Shown here: positions 43,922 through 54,064 of the stretch, one piece after another
How the letters are laid out: every line of letters begins with the position of its first letter
Position numbering within the stretch: position 1 is the stretch's first letter
Source of the DNA: Caulobacteraceae bacterium
Lineage (GTDB): Bacteria; Pseudomonadota; Alphaproteobacteria; Caulobacterales; Caulobacteraceae
Assembly (NCBI GenBank): GCA_036272715.1
Contig: DATAYD010000071.1
Location: 2,297-66,296, forward strand
Direction of reading: 5' to 3'
Length of the DNA: 64,000 bases
The notes under the pieces: model-generated
What the model was told of the DNA's origin: nothing
The model's database searches: none
The model's input: the letters and a program-made list of their open reading frames with translations, nothing else
Translations under genes and position numbers: made by a program

Positions 43922-44511
43922 CACGGGTGATTCTGGCCTCGAAGAGCGCCGCGCGGGGGGCCTTGCTCGCCGGGGCGGGTGTCGCTTTCGAGACGGTCGG
44001 ATCGGGCGTCGATGAAGATGTGATCAAACAACGGCTGCTCGCCGAGCGCGCCGATCCGATGACGATTGCGTCGGCCCTGGCGGCGGCGAAGGCCGAGGCG
44101 GTGTCGGCGGCGCGCGATGGCCTCGTGATTGGCGCGGACCAGACCCTGGATCTCGATGGCGTCCTGTTCGACAAGGTGGGAAACCTGGAAGAGGCCCGGC
44201 GGCGGCTGGAGCAATTGCGGGGGCGTCGGCACCAACTGCATTCCGCCGTGGCCGTGGCGAAGGCCGGCGCCGTGGTTTGGAGCGAGATCCAAAGCGCCAG
44301 CCTGACCATGCGCGCGTTCAGCGCCGATTTCCTCGACGCCTACCTGATCCGCAACGGCGGGGCGGCGCTTTCCAGCGTCGGGTGTTATCAATTGGAGGGC
44401 CAAGGCGTTCAGCTATTCGACCGGATCGACGGCGATTATTTCACTATATTGGGATTGCCGATGATGGGGCTGTTGGCCCTGCTCCGGGGTGAAGGCGTGG
44501 TCGCGACGTGA
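43918..44511 (+). CDS. maf: Maf-family nucleotide pyrophosphatase
   Basis: ILASKSAAR, VIGADQ, VGCYQLEG, GDYFTILGLP. Confidence 0.92.
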   Translation: MTRVILASKSAARGALLAGAGVAFETVGSGVDEDVIKQRLLAERADPMTIASALAAAKAEAVSAARDGLVIGADQTLDLDGVLFDKVGNLEEARRRLEQLRGRRHQLHSAVAVAKAGAVVWSEIQSASLTMRAFSADFLDAYLIRNGGAALSSVGCYQLEGQGVQLFDRIDGDYFTILGLPMMGLLALLRGEGVVAT

Positions 44512-45368
44512 CTGGCGTTGTCAGGGGTTCGACCCGGGTGGCGGGTGTAATCGGCTGGCCGATCACTCATTCCCTGAGTCCGATGCTGCATAATGCGTGG
44601 CTGGCCGCGGCGGGCATCGACGGCGTCTATATCGCGCTCAGCCCGGCGCCCGAACGGTTGGCGACTTTTATCGATGGGTTGCGGGGCGGCGTTTTCAGCG
44701 GCCTCAATGTGACGGTTCCCTATAAGGAACAGGCTCTGGCCTTGGCCGACACGGCTAGCGACCGGGCGTACAAGGCCGGGGCGGCGAATCTCCTGACGTT
44801 CGCGCCAGATGGCGCGGTCCGAGCCGACAATACGGATGGGTACGGCCTCCTGGCGGCGTTCGCGGCCCAGGCGCCAGGTTTCAAGGCCGATGCCGCGCCC
44901 ATCGCCATTCTTGGGGCGGGCGGGGCCGCGCGGGGCGCGGCGGCGGCCTTCCTCGAAGCTGGTTCGCCGGCCGTGCGCCTCATCAACCGAACCCTGGGCC
45001 GCGCGGAGGCTGTCGCGGAAGGCGTGGGGGGTTCAGTGGAGACCTTTGGCTGGGCGGACGCGAAAAAGGCGTTCGAAGGCGCCGGCGCCCTGATCAACGC
45101 CACAACCCTCGGCCTCGTTGGCGGCGAACCTCTGGAGATCGATCTGGACGGCTTGCCTCACGAGGCCATCGTGATGGACATGGTCTATCGCCCTCTACGA
45201 ACCGCATTGGCGATCCGCGCTTCCGCTCGGGGACACAGGATCGTCGACGGGCTCGAAATGCTGATCCACCAGGCCGAACCGTCGTTCGAGGCCTTTTTCG
45301 GCCAGTCGCCGCCCGCTAGCCTGGACGTGCGCGCCCTCGCGGTGGCGGCTCTGGAGCATCAGGCATGA
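44508..45368 (+). CDS. aroE: Shikimate dehydrogenase
   Basis: [27 protein letters not shown]. Confidence 0.95.
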   Translation: MTGVVRGSTRVAGVIGWPITHSLSPMLHNAWLAAAGIDGVYIALSPAPERLATFIDGLRGGVFSGLNVTVPYKEQALALADTASDRAYKAGAANLLTFAPDGAVRADNTDGYGLLAAFAAQAPGFKADAAPIAILGAGGAARGAAAAFLEAGSPAVRLINRTLGRAEAVAEGVGGSVETFGWADAKKAFEGAGALINATTLGLVGGEPLEIDLDGLPHEAIVMDMVYRPLRTALAIRASARGHRIVDGLEMLIHQAEPSFEAFFGQSPPASLDVRALAVAALEHQA

Positions 45369-45994
45369 TCATCATCGGGCTGACAGGTTCGATCGGGATG
45401 GGCAAGTCGACCACCGCCGCGATGTTCGCCGCCGAGGGCGTGCCGGTCTACGACGCCGACGCCGAGGTCCATGTCCTGCAAGGTCCCGGTGGGGCGGCGG
45501 TGGCGCCAATCGAAACGGCCTTCCCCGGCGTCGTGAAGAACGGCGCCGTGGATCGGGGCCTGTTGGGGGGGCGCGTGCTCGGCGATCCAGCCGCGATCAA
45601 GCGGTTGGAAGGGATCGTGCACCCGCTGCTCGGCGCCAGCCGGTCGGCTTTCTTTGAGCGCGCGGAGGCCGATGGAGCCGAGATGGTGGTGCTCGATATC
45701 CCGCTTTTGTTCGAGACCGGCGGTGAAAAGCGGGTCGATGCGGTGGTGGTGGCGTCCGCGCCGGAAGCGATGCAGCGCGAACGGGTGCTGGCTCGCCCGG
45801 GTTGGGACGCGGCCCGGCTGGACGCGGTCCTGGCCAAACAACTGCATGACTTGGAGAAACGCGCGCGCGCCCATTTCATCATTGATACCAGCCAAGGCTT
45901 GGCTCATGCGCGTGAACAGGTGCGGCGCGTCATTTCGACCCTCAAAGCCGACGCGCCGCGACTTGAAGCTCGTGGCGAACCGACCCAAGGATAG
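45365..45994 (+). CDS. coaE: Dephospho-CoA kinase
   Basis: [26 protein letters not shown]. Confidence 0.96.
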   Translation: MIIIGLTGSIGMGKSTTAAMFAAEGVPVYDADAEVHVLQGPGGAAVAPIETAFPGVVKNGAVDRGLLGGRVLGDPAAIKRLEGIVHPLLGASRSAFFERAEADGAEMVVLDIPLLFETGGEKRVDAVVVASAPEAMQRERVLARPGWDAARLDAVLAKQLHDLEKRARAHFIIDTSQGLAHAREQVRRVISTLKADAPRLEARGEPTQG

Positions 45995-45997
45995 CCG

Positions 45998-46720
45998 ATG
46001 CGCGAGATCGTCCTGGATACCGAGACCACCGGCCTTGACCCTCGCACCGGTCACCGCCTGATCGAAGTCGCCTGCGTCGAATTGGAGGACTTCCTGCCCA
46101 CCGGGCGGACCTTCCACCGCTATGTCCACCCCGATCGGCCCATCGATGCGGACGCCGAACGGGTGCACGGCATTTCCCTGGCCTTTCTGAACGACAAGCC
46201 CCGGTTTCACGAAGCGGACGTGTGCGACGCTTTCCTCGATTTCGTCGGCGAGGCGGTCCTGATCGCCCACAATGCCGGCTTCGACCGGGGGTTCATCAAT
46301 GCCGAACTGGAGCGCGCCGATCGGGCGTCGCTTCCGGATGCTCGCTGGGTCGACACGCTCTCGATGGCCCAGAAACGCTTTCCAGGCATGTACAATTCCC
46401 TGGATGCGCTCTGCAAAAGATTCAAGATTTCGCTCGCCGACCGGGACAAGCACGGCGCCCTGATCGACGCCCAACTGCTGGCGGCGGTCTATCTGGAACT
46501 GCGTGGCGGCAAGGAACGCGGCCTCGACCTCGCGCCCGTCGTGACCCAGGCCCAGGGCGTGATCGCGGCGGGCCGCATCGTCTATGGCGCTCGACCGCGC
46601 CCCCTCGCCGCCCGCTCGACCGAAGCCGAGCGCGCCGCCCATGCCGAGTTCGTGCGGCGGACGCTGAAGGACAAGGCGCTGTGGCTCGGTTTCGAACTCG
46701 AGGGGCCGACGGTCCCCTAA
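45998..46720 (+). CDS. dnaQ: DNA polymerase III subunit epsilon
   Basis: LDTETTG, AHNAGFD, HGALIDA. Confidence 0.96.
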   Translation: MREIVLDTETTGLDPRTGHRLIEVACVELEDFLPTGRTFHRYVHPDRPIDADAERVHGISLAFLNDKPRFHEADVCDAFLDFVGEAVLIAHNAGFDRGFINAELERADRASLPDARWVDTLSMAQKRFPGMYNSLDALCKRFKISLADRDKHGALIDAQLLAAVYLELRGGKERGLDLAPVVTQAQGVIAAGRIVYGARPRPLAARSTEAERAAHAEFVRRTLKDKALWLGFELEGPTVP

Positions 46721-47214
46721 ACCAATCCGGAAGGTTGCTGCTGCAGTTGAGCCTGGCGGGCCGCGAAGACGGCGCCGAAATCGATCGGCTCCAGCATGAA
46801 CGGCGCGAAACCGCCATCAATCGTCAGGTCAGAGATAATACGCCTGGCGTAAGGGAACAGAAACCGTGGGCATTCGATCAGCAGCACCGGCTCCAGGTCC
46901 GATTCCGGGACGCCGGTGATCTGGAACAGCCCGCCATAAAGCAGTTCGACATGGAAACTGGGCTGGCCCTCGGTCTGCGCCTTGGCCGCCAGCTTCAGAT
47001 CGACTTCGTAGAGGCCATCCGGGCGCACGCGCGCATTCATCTCGACATTCAGGTCGATCTGGGGCTGAACCGGCCCGGTTCTCAGGGATTCCGGAGCGCG
47101 GGGGTTTTCGAACGACAGATCGCGGACGAACTGCGCGAGCACGCGAATGCCCGGCGGTGTCGGGATGGCGCCATCGCCATTGGCGCCCGCGCCTTGGAAG
47201 TCGGTGTCGGTCAT
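46717..47214 (-). CDS. secB: Protein-export chaperone SecB
   Basis: [39 protein letters not shown]. Confidence 0.95.
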   Translation of the reverse strand: MTDTDFQGAGANGDGAIPTPPGIRVLAQFVRDLSFENPRAPESLRTGPVQPQIDLNVEMNARVRPDGLYEVDLKLAAKAQTEGQPSFHVELLYGGLFQITGVPESDLEPVLLIECPRFLFPYARRIISDLTIDGGFAPFMLEPIDFGAVFAARQAQLQQQPSGLV

Positions 47215-47488
47215 GAACGGCGATGTCCTGTGGTAGCGGTCTAGGAAGAACGAACGGGCGCCCGCCTTGCCTTGGAGCCAGAAACCGGGGCTGCTATCAT
47301 GGGCCGCATGAGCGCGCAACGCAGCCTCACGCAGGGAACCCGCGCCTACCCCGACGGGTTTCAAGCCTTTGTCAGCAAAGTAGGCGCTATGGGAATCTGT
47401 ATGGCCCAGGCGCCGGGTCGAGGTATAAAGTGTTTTGGGGCAGCTCCCGATGCGGTTGTCGACCGCGTCTATCAACCGCGGTGACTGA

Positions 47489-48103
47489 GTGGAACTCCTG
47501 GAACTTTTGATCTTCGCCGCCCTGGCCGCCGTGGTGCTCTACCAGCTCTACGCGGTTCTGGGCCGTCGGGTGGGTCGCCAGCCCGAGGACGCCGCGCCCG
47601 TGCCCGCGACGGGACGGCCCGAAGATGTCGATACGCGCAAACGTGAAGCCGCGACCCTGGCCCTGCCGGCGTCCGGCCTGGCCGCGCTGCGCAACCGCGA
47701 CCCCAGTTTCGATCCCGCTCGGTTCCTTCAAGGCGCCAAGGGCGCCTATGAGATGATCGTCAAGGCTTTCGCCAGCGGCGATCGCGAAACCCTCCGCCGC
47801 CTGATCGCGCCGTCGATCGTGACCGGTTTCGAGAACGCGATCAGCGCGCGGGAAGCGGAAGGCCGCAGCGAAACCGTGGAATTCACCCAGCCGCCCCGCG
47901 CCGACCTGGAAAGCGCCGAGGCGGAAGGTGATGTCGCTCGCGCCCGCGTGCGCTTCCTGGCCGAGTTCCGCAGTCGCTCCAAAGGACCGGAAGGCGAAGC
48001 TGTCGACGACAAGCGCACCGCCGAGGTCTGGACCTTCGAGCGGCGATTCTCCAATCGCGATCCCAATTGGACGCTGGTGCGGGTCGACGCGGCGGAAGCG
48101 TGA
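47489..48103 (+). CDS. timA: Tim44/TimA-family inner-membrane protein
   Basis: N-terminal TM then VLGRRVG; [18 protein letters not shown]; EVWTFER...NWTLV. Confidence 0.88.
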   Translation: MELLELLIFAALAAVVLYQLYAVLGRRVGRQPEDAAPVPATGRPEDVDTRKREAATLALPASGLAALRNRDPSFDPARFLQGAKGAYEMIVKAFASGDRETLRRLIAPSIVTGFENAISAREAEGRSETVEFTQPPRADLESAEAEGDVARARVRFLAEFRSRSKGPEGEAVDDKRTAEVWTFERRFSNRDPNWTLVRVDAAEA

Positions 48104-49278
48104 GGGTGGTTCGTCGGTATCGCGCCGCCGCCGCGGCGTTCGTCGCCTTGGCGCTTTATGCCTGCGCCTCCCCGCAAGTGGCGACCGCGCCGCCTTCCCG
48201 CTTTGGCCCGCCGCCCCCGCCCCTTCCGTCTTCCGAACCGTTCAGGCCGGCGCCTCCGCCGAGCACGGGCGCCTTCGCGGTCTTGGCCGGATGGGACCGA
48301 GAGGACCACGCCGGCGCCTTGCGGGCTTTTGTCTCCGGGTGTGGGGTTTCTCGTGATCCGGACCTTCGCGCCGTCTGCGCCCGCGCCCGCACGCTGGGGC
48401 CGGTCGACGAGGCGGGCGCTCGCGCCTTTCTGGAAGCCAATTTCCGTGCCGAGCGCATCGGCGACGGCGGCCTGCTGACCGCCTATTTCGCACCGGAATA
48501 CAAGGCGAGGGCCGCGCGAGAGGATCCCTTCACGGCGCCCGTCCGCGCGCGGCCGTCCGACCTGGTCAGTGTCGACCTGGGCCTGTTCGATCCGGCCTTG
48601 GCCGGCCACAAGCTCTCCGGCCGCGTCATCGACGGCCGGCTCTCGCCCTATCCTGATCGCATGGACATCGAAGCGTCCCGGGCCGACGCGCCGCTGGCCT
48701 GGATGAAGCCAGAGGAGCTGTTCTTCCTTCAGATCCAGGGCTCCGGCATCCTGGTCCTGCCGGATGGCCGGCGATTGAAGGCGGTGTTCAGCGCCAGCAA
48801 CGGCAAGCCCTTCACTCCGATCGCGCGCACCCTGCGCGATCGCGGCGTCCTGCCGGACAACAACACCTCCGGTGACGCGATCATGGCCTGGCTGGCCGAT
48901 CATCGGGGTTCGGAGGCCGACGAGGTGATGCGGCTGAACGCGCGGTACGTGTTCTTCAACCTCGCGCCGGACGATGGCCGCGAACCCGCCGGCTCGGCGG
49001 GAGTGGCTCTGATCCCAGGCCGCGCCCTGGCCGTCGATCCGACGCAGCATCCCCTGGGCGGGCTTTACTGGATCGACGCGCGCGCGCCGGCGCTGAACGG
49101 CGCTTTCCCGGTCTATCAGCGCTTGGCCCTGGCGCTCGACACCGGCGGCGCGATCAAGGGACCGGTGCGTGCGGACCTCTATGCGGGCAGCGGCCCGGGC
49201 GCCGGCCTAGAGGCGGGGCGCGTTCGCCACACGCTGACGCTCTATCAACTCATGCCGATCCCGGTGTCCGCGCCGTGA
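48100..49278 (+). CDS. mltA: Membrane-bound lytic murein transglycosylase A
   Basis: Lipobox LYAC; LTAYFAP, FFLQIQGSG, ALAVD, DTGGAIKG..RADLYAG. Confidence 0.92.
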   Translation: MRVVRRYRAAAAAFVALALYACASPQVATAPPSRFGPPPPPLPSSEPFRPAPPPSTGAFAVLAGWDREDHAGALRAFVSGCGVSRDPDLRAVCARARTLGPVDEAGARAFLEANFRAERIGDGGLLTAYFAPEYKARAAREDPFTAPVRARPSDLVSVDLGLFDPALAGHKLSGRVIDGRLSPYPDRMDIEASRADAPLAWMKPEELFFLQIQGSGILVLPDGRRLKAVFSASNGKPFTPIARTLRDRGVLPDNNTSGDAIMAWLADHRGSEADEVMRLNARYVFFNLAPDDGREPAGSAGVALIPGRALAVDPTQHPLGGLYWIDARAPALNGAFPVYQRLALALDTGGAIKGPVRADLYAGSGPGAGLEAGRVRHTLTLYQLMPIPVSAP

Positions 49279-49829
49279 AACGGCCCTTGCGGCCCGAGGA
49301 GCAGTATCTCTGGGCCCGCGTCGCGGCGACTATCCATCCGGCCCCCGGCCGGCACGCGCCGATGCCGGCGCTCGCCAACCTGGATAGCGTCGCGCCGCCG
49401 GCGCCGGCCAGTCCTAAAAAGCCGAGGCCTGGTCCCCAGCCATCGGCCAGTTCAACGCCGCCCGCGCCGCCTCGTCAGCGGCAGGGTTCCGAGGCCGCGC
49501 CCGAGCTCATCGAAAAAGGCCGTCTTCGCCGCCTGACCCGGGAACGCGATCCCCTGGGGCCTCGGCTGGATCTTCATGGCCTGGACCAGGACAAGGCCCG
49601 CGCCCAGTTGATCGGTTTCATCCACCGCGCGCACCAGGAAGGCTGGCGCGCCGTCTTGGTCATCACCGGCAAGGGCTCGCGAGGCGATGGCGTCCTGCGC
49701 CGGATGACCCCAGAGTGGCTGGCGGCTCCGGCGCTGCGCGATCTGGTCGCCGGCGTTTCCGAGGCCCATCGTCGGCACGGCGGACAGGGCGCCCTCTATG
49801 TCGCGCTGAAACGCCGCGCCAAGGCCTGA
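49275..49829 (+). CDS. Smr domain protein
   Basis: LDLHG, VLVITGKG, HGGQGALYVALK. Confidence 0.9.
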   Translation: MKRPLRPEEQYLWARVAATIHPAPGRHAPMPALANLDSVAPPAPASPKKPRPGPQPSASSTPPAPPRQRQGSEAAPELIEKGRLRRLTRERDPLGPRLDLHGLDQDKARAQLIGFIHRAHQEGWRAVLVITGKGSRGDGVLRRMTPEWLAAPALRDLVAGVSEAHRRHGGQGALYVALKRRAKA

Positions 49830-49832
49830 TCG

Positions 49833-51146
49833 TCAACCCGCCTTGGTCAGGCGCGCCGCGAAGAACCCGTCCAGGCCGCCCGGGAGCTGATGCGGCAGGA
49901 CGCGGAGCCGCCCCGACCCGGTCACCGCCCCATCCGGCGCGCCGCCTTCGCCGGGGTTGAGCGGCGAAGCCTGGAATTCGGGATGACGCTTCAAAAAAGT
50001 GTCGATCTGGGCCTCGCCCTCTTCCGGCTCCAGCGAACATACGCAGTAGACCAGCCGCCCGCTCGGCGCGACCCTTTCGGCCGCGGCGTCCAGCAGGCGG
50101 GACTGCACCTCGGCCAGCTTGGCGATATCGGCGGGGCGCGAACCCCAGAGGACGTCGGGATGACGGCGGAAGGTGCCGGTGGCCGAACAGGGTGCGTCGA
50201 GCAGAACCGCGTCGAACCGGCGGTCGTCGGACCACTGCGCCAGTTCGGCGATCACGATCTCGGCGCCAAGACCCGTGCGTTCAAGGGCTTGGGACAGGCG
50301 GCGCAGGCGCGGTCCCGACCGGTCCACCGCCGTGACCCGGGCGCCCGCCGCCGCGAGCTGCAGGGTCTTGCCGCCCGGCGCCGCGCATCCATCCAGAACG
50401 GTTTCGCCCGGCTTGACGGCAAGGAGCCTGGCCGGGATCGCCGCGGCCGCGTCCTGAACCCACCATCGCCCCTCGCCATAGCCTTCCCAGCCGGCGACGT
50501 CGCCGCGATGAGCCACGCGCAACATGCCGCCAGGCAGGATCTCTGCCTCCAGGGCCCGGCTCAGCGGTTCGATATCGCCCGCGTCACGCAATGAAAGGTC
50601 GGTCGCCGGCTCCTGTGCGATCCGCGCCGCCATGGCCCTGGCGGCGGCTTCGCCATAGGCGGCGCGCCAGCGGGCGAACAGCCAGGCCGGGGCCAGGCTC
50701 TCGGGGTCATCGTCCACGGGTCCCGGCTCTCGCAAAAGCCCCCTCAGCACCGCGTTGATCAAGCCTTTGAAGGCGCGGGTCGATTTGTGCTGGTCGGCCA
50801 GGCGGACGGTGGTGTCCACGGCGGCGAAACTCGGGGTGTCCATGTAAAGCGCCTGCGCCGCGCCCAGACGCAGCAGCATCCGCACGGACTCCGGCGGCGC
50901 CTTGTGCAGGCGCGGCTCCAGCCGCCGATCGATGGCGCCGAGCCGCCGCAGCAGGGTCATGGCGATCATTCTGGCCAGCGCCCGGTCGCGCGGCTCGAGC
51001 CGGTCGAACGGCGCGCGGTCCATGGATTCTTCCAGGCCGCCGCGATGGTCCAGGGCGGCGGTGGCCATGGCCAGGGCGGCTTCCCGAGGCGCGACGCCGT
51101 CCGAGGGGCCCGAGGAGGTTTCGCCTGAAGAGGTTTCGCTTGTCAT
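49833..51146 (-). CDS. rsmB: RsmB/NOP (Sun) RNA m5C methyltransferase
   Basis: NusB-like N-terminus; WWVQD, CAAPGGKT, DAPCSATG, YCVCSL. Confidence 0.9.
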   Translation of the reverse strand: MTSETSSGETSSGPSDGVAPREAALAMATAALDHRGGLEESMDRAPFDRLEPRDRALARMIAMTLLRRLGAIDRRLEPRLHKAPPESVRMLLRLGAAQALYMDTPSFAAVDTTVRLADQHKSTRAFKGLINAVLRGLLREPGPVDDDPESLAPAWLFARWRAAYGEAAARAMAARIAQEPATDLSLRDAGDIEPLSRALEAEILPGGMLRVAHRGDVAGWEGYGEGRWWVQDAAAAIPARLLAVKPGETVLDGCAAPGGKTLQLAAAGARVTAVDRSGPRLRRLSQALERTGLGAEIVIAELAQWSDDRRFDAVLLDAPCSATGTFRRHPDVLWGSRPADIAKLAEVQSRLLDAAAERVAPSGRLVYCVCSLEPEEGEAQIDTFLKRHPEFQASPLNPGEGGAPDGAVTGSGRLRVLPHQLPGGLDGFFAARLTKAG

Positions 51147-51247
51147 GCCCCGCCGTGCACCGGCAGCCGCTCCGGTTCAAGGCCCTTGGCCATTTCACCG
51201 GCCTCCAATGCTGGCGCGGGCCGCGCAAGAGGCCTAAAATTGGAGCC

Positions 51248-51448
51248 ATGGACGATCCGCTGCCCGAACACGCCGCGCCAGGCAAGTCCCTGACGCCCGC
51301 CGCGCGGCGGGCCTTGGAAGAAGCCGCCGCGCGCCGGCGCACCCAGGTCGAGGCGGCCTCGAAAACCGAGGAATTGGGGGGTCCGGCTGGGCCCGAGCCG
51401 ACCCGATATGGCGACTGGGAGCACAAGGGCGTCGCGGTCGACTTCTAG
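51248..51448 (+). CDS. DUF1674 (SDHAF4/Sdh8-like) protein
   Basis: ELGGPAGPEPTRYGDWEHKGVAVDF; GGAG SD. Confidence 0.9.
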   Translation: MDDPLPEHAAPGKSLTPAARRALEEAAARRRTQVEAASKTEELGGPAGPEPTRYGDWEHKGVAVDF

Positions 51449-51499
51449 GTTAAGATTCCCCTGGCGCGAGCAGGGGCTGGCTTTCCCACGCGAAATCCC

Positions 51500-51518
51500 G
51501 TAACTTATTGTTAACCAT
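51500..51518. promoter_or_regulatory. CtrA-like binding site
   Basis: GTAA-CTTATTG-TTAACCAT. Confidence 0.6.
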
Positions 51519-51542
51519 TATGAATATCACGGGATGCTCGAC

Positions 51543-52520
51543 ATGGCGCGGCCTGCTCTGGGCTTGGGACTGCTGGTTGGCGCCGCTTTGGCGTGCGCCG
51601 CGCTGGCAAGCGCGGCCTCGGCCGGTGACCGTTACAGCGGCTATGACGATCGGGGCGACGGCTACGCCCAGCCCGCTTACGAAGATTCATCCACCATGGG
51701 CCGCGGACCGGATCGCGGCTACGACGCTCGGTACAGCGAAGACCGATATCGCGACGGCCGGTCCTATGACGACCGCCGCGAGGGCGATCGCGTCCACGCC
51801 TATGACCGACGCGGCTATGGCGAGGTCGAGGAGATTGATCCCTGCGCGCGCCAGGCGCGCGTCATCGACCGCGGATGCCGGCCGGAGCCCGGCGGTTATC
51901 ACGAACAGGGCTGGGGCGGACGTGGGCGGTACGCTGAGCGGCCCGACGCCGAGTTTTATGAGCGCGGCCGGGCCGGCCAGGATCGCTATGAACGTCGTGC
52001 CGACGAAGGCTATGGCGCTGAAGGCTATTATGGTCGCGAAACCTATGAGGCCCCGGCCTGGCCGGTCTATCCTGATGAATCTGAATGGCGCACCCGCTCC
52101 GGCTATGGCGAACGCGAGGTGTGGGTCGATCGGCGCGAAGCCGACGAGGGCGGCTATATCGACGCCTGCGAAGTGGTTCATGAGCGGATGGGTGATCGTT
52201 GCCCCTACGCCCAGGGTTTCGAAACCCGCCGGATCATCAGCGACGACCGCGCGGTCACTGAAAACCTGCCCGACACCTTCTTCATTAGCGAAGGCGGCGT
52301 CGGCCCCGGTATCGTCGATTTTGGAGGTGGTGGAGGCGGCGGTGGCGAGTTCGCCTCGGCCGACAGCTTCTCGAACGCCAGCGCCAACGCGAGCGCCTCG
52401 GCGTCAGCCAGCGCCAGCTTGGCGGTCAAGCTCTCGATCGCCTCGCACAACCATATGATGATGCACCACTATCCGATGAAGGGGCATTACGGCGGCGGTG
52501 GTTGCGGCTGCAAGAAGTAG
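51543..52520 (+). CDS. Secreted low-complexity protein (Y/R/G/D-rich, poly-Gly, (AS)n, His/Met/Cys tail)
   Basis: Sec signal ending ASA; consistent codon bias; fills the DUF1674-pyrF gap. Confidence 0.8.
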   Translation: MARPALGLGLLVGAALACAALASAASAGDRYSGYDDRGDGYAQPAYEDSSTMGRGPDRGYDARYSEDRYRDGRSYDDRREGDRVHAYDRRGYGEVEEIDPCARQARVIDRGCRPEPGGYHEQGWGGRGRYAERPDAEFYERGRAGQDRYERRADEGYGAEGYYGRETYEAPAWPVYPDESEWRTRSGYGEREVWVDRREADEGGYIDACEVVHERMGDRCPYAQGFETRRIISDDRAVTENLPDTFFISEGGVGPGIVDFGGGGGGGGEFASADSFSNASANASASASASASLAVKLSIASHNHMMMHHYPMKGHYGGGGCGCKK

Positions 52521-52524
52521 GACC

Positions 52525-53265
52525 TCAGACGCCGCTCATCTCGGCGGCGATGCTCTGGGCCGCGGCGCGAGGATCATCGGCCGCGGTGATCGGTCGGCCG
52601 CAAACCAAGTGGCTGGCCCCCGCGGCCAGGGCCTCGGCCGGAGTCGCCGCCCGCGCTTGATCGTCGGCGCGCGCCCAGGCGGGCCGTACGCCGGGGTTCA
52701 GGACCAGGAACGTCGGGCCGCCGATCCGCCGCGCCATCGCGGCCTCGCGGGGGCTGACCACGACGCCATCCGCGCCAGCGTCCAGGACCTGGCGGATCCG
52801 GCGCTCGACCAAGGCCTCGACCCCCTGGGCGTAGCCGATCTCCTTCAGATCGTCCTCCGAAAGGCTGGTCAAGACGGTGACGCCGAGGATCTTGGTCCCG
52901 ACCGCGCCCGCACGGCCGCGCACCGCCGCCGCCAGCACCTGGGGCTCGGCATGAACGGTCAGGAGGTCGCATGAGCCGGAGGCCACGATCGCGGCCGTCG
53001 CCTTTTCCACCGTCGCGCCGATATCGTGCAGTTTCCAGTCCAGGAACACCTGCCGGCCGCGGGCCTTCAGGTCCTTGGCCATGGCCATCCCGTCGGTGGC
53101 CAGGAGCTGCAGCCCGATCTTGTAGAAGCTGACCGCGTCGCCGAGCCGTTCGACCATGGCCTCGGCGTCCGCCCGGCTGGGCAGGTCCAGCGGGACGATC
53201 AGCCGGGGATCGCAGGGGACGGTCTGGGCCGGATCAGCCTCGCGGGCCGGGGCGACGACGGACAT
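52525..53265 (-). CDS. pyrF: Orotidine-5'-phosphate decarboxylase
   Basis: FLDWKLHDIGATV, VTVLTS, PGVRP, GRPIT. Confidence 0.96.
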   Translation of the reverse strand: MSVVAPAREADPAQTVPCDPRLIVPLDLPSRADAEAMVERLGDAVSFYKIGLQLLATDGMAMAKDLKARGRQVFLDWKLHDIGATVEKATAAIVASGSCDLLTVHAEPQVLAAAVRGRAGAVGTKILGVTVLTSLSEDDLKEIGYAQGVEALVERRIRQVLDAGADGVVVSPREAAMARRIGGPTFLVLNPGVRPAWARADDQARAATPAEALAAGASHLVCGRPITAADDPRAAAQSIAAEMSGV

Positions 53266-53347
53266 GAGCACTCCTTGCAGGGCCGCGCGCACGCGCGAAG
53301 ACGCGCGGGGCGAGGCGAAACATTCCGATTTGGGCTAAGACGAAAAG

Positions 53348-54052
53348 ATGAGCCTGACCGCGCTGTCCGTCAACTTTTTCGTGGCGCTGTTCGCCCTGAT
53401 CGACCCGGTCGGTAATGTCGCCCTGTTCGCGGCGGCGACCGTGGGCGCCCACGCGGCGGGCCGGCGCGTGCTGGCGGCGTATATCAGCCTGTTTTCCTTT
53501 GTCTTTTTGGCTTTTTTCTTCCTCAGCGGCCTGACCCTGCTGAAGTTCTTCGGCATCTCCCTGCCGGCGTTCCGGATCGCCGGCGGTGTGCTGCTGTTCC
53601 TGCTGGGCCTGGATATGGCGCGCGGCGGCTTCGTGGACGCGATGGCCGCGCCGGCCAGCGACGGCGACCCGGCGCCCCCCCACGTCTATGCGCGCCAGGG
53701 GTTCGAGCGCCTGGTGGTGCCCTTCGCCGTGCCGCTCCTGATAGGGCCAGGCGCGATATCGACGGCGGTGATCTATGCCAGCGAGACCCGCGGGTTTGGC
53801 TTGGCGGGCCTCGGCGCCGGCCTGGGCGTGATCGCGGCGGTCTCGCTGACCATCGTGATCTCGTTCTCGCTCAGCGGCCTGATCTCACGGGCGCTCGGCC
53901 GGATCGGCATGACCATCGTGATCCGGGTGCTCGGCCTGATCCTTTGCGCCATGGCGGTGCAGATCATCATCATCGGCGTCGCCGCCGCGACCCACGGCCT
54001 GATCCGCCACGACACGGCCGCGCCCTACCCTTCGATACCTGGTGACGGCTAG
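53348..54052 (+). CDS. MarC family membrane protein
   Basis: LFALIDPVGN, FGISLPAFRIAGG, VPFAVPLLIGPGAI, RVLGLIL. Confidence 0.92.
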   Translation: MSLTALSVNFFVALFALIDPVGNVALFAAATVGAHAAGRRVLAAYISLFSFVFLAFFFLSGLTLLKFFGISLPAFRIAGGVLLFLLGLDMARGGFVDAMAAPASDGDPAPPHVYARQGFERLVVPFAVPLLIGPGAISTAVIYASETRGFGLAGLGAGLGVIAAVSLTIVISFSLSGLISRALGRIGMTIVIRVLGLILCAMAVQIIIIGVAAATHGLIRHDTAAPYPSIPGDG

Positions 54053-54064
54053 GCCAGAGGTCTC

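Noticed and set aside
51508-52458. 316-aa alternative frame over the secreted low-complexity gene
   Set aside because: Thr/Ala/Met-rich shifted-frame shadow; the other frame has the signal peptide and GC3 bias.
52380-52520. RiPP precursor interpretation of the Ser/Ala/Cys-rich tail
   Set aside because: No modifying enzymes, peptidase or transporter nearby, and the protein is large with a Sec signal.
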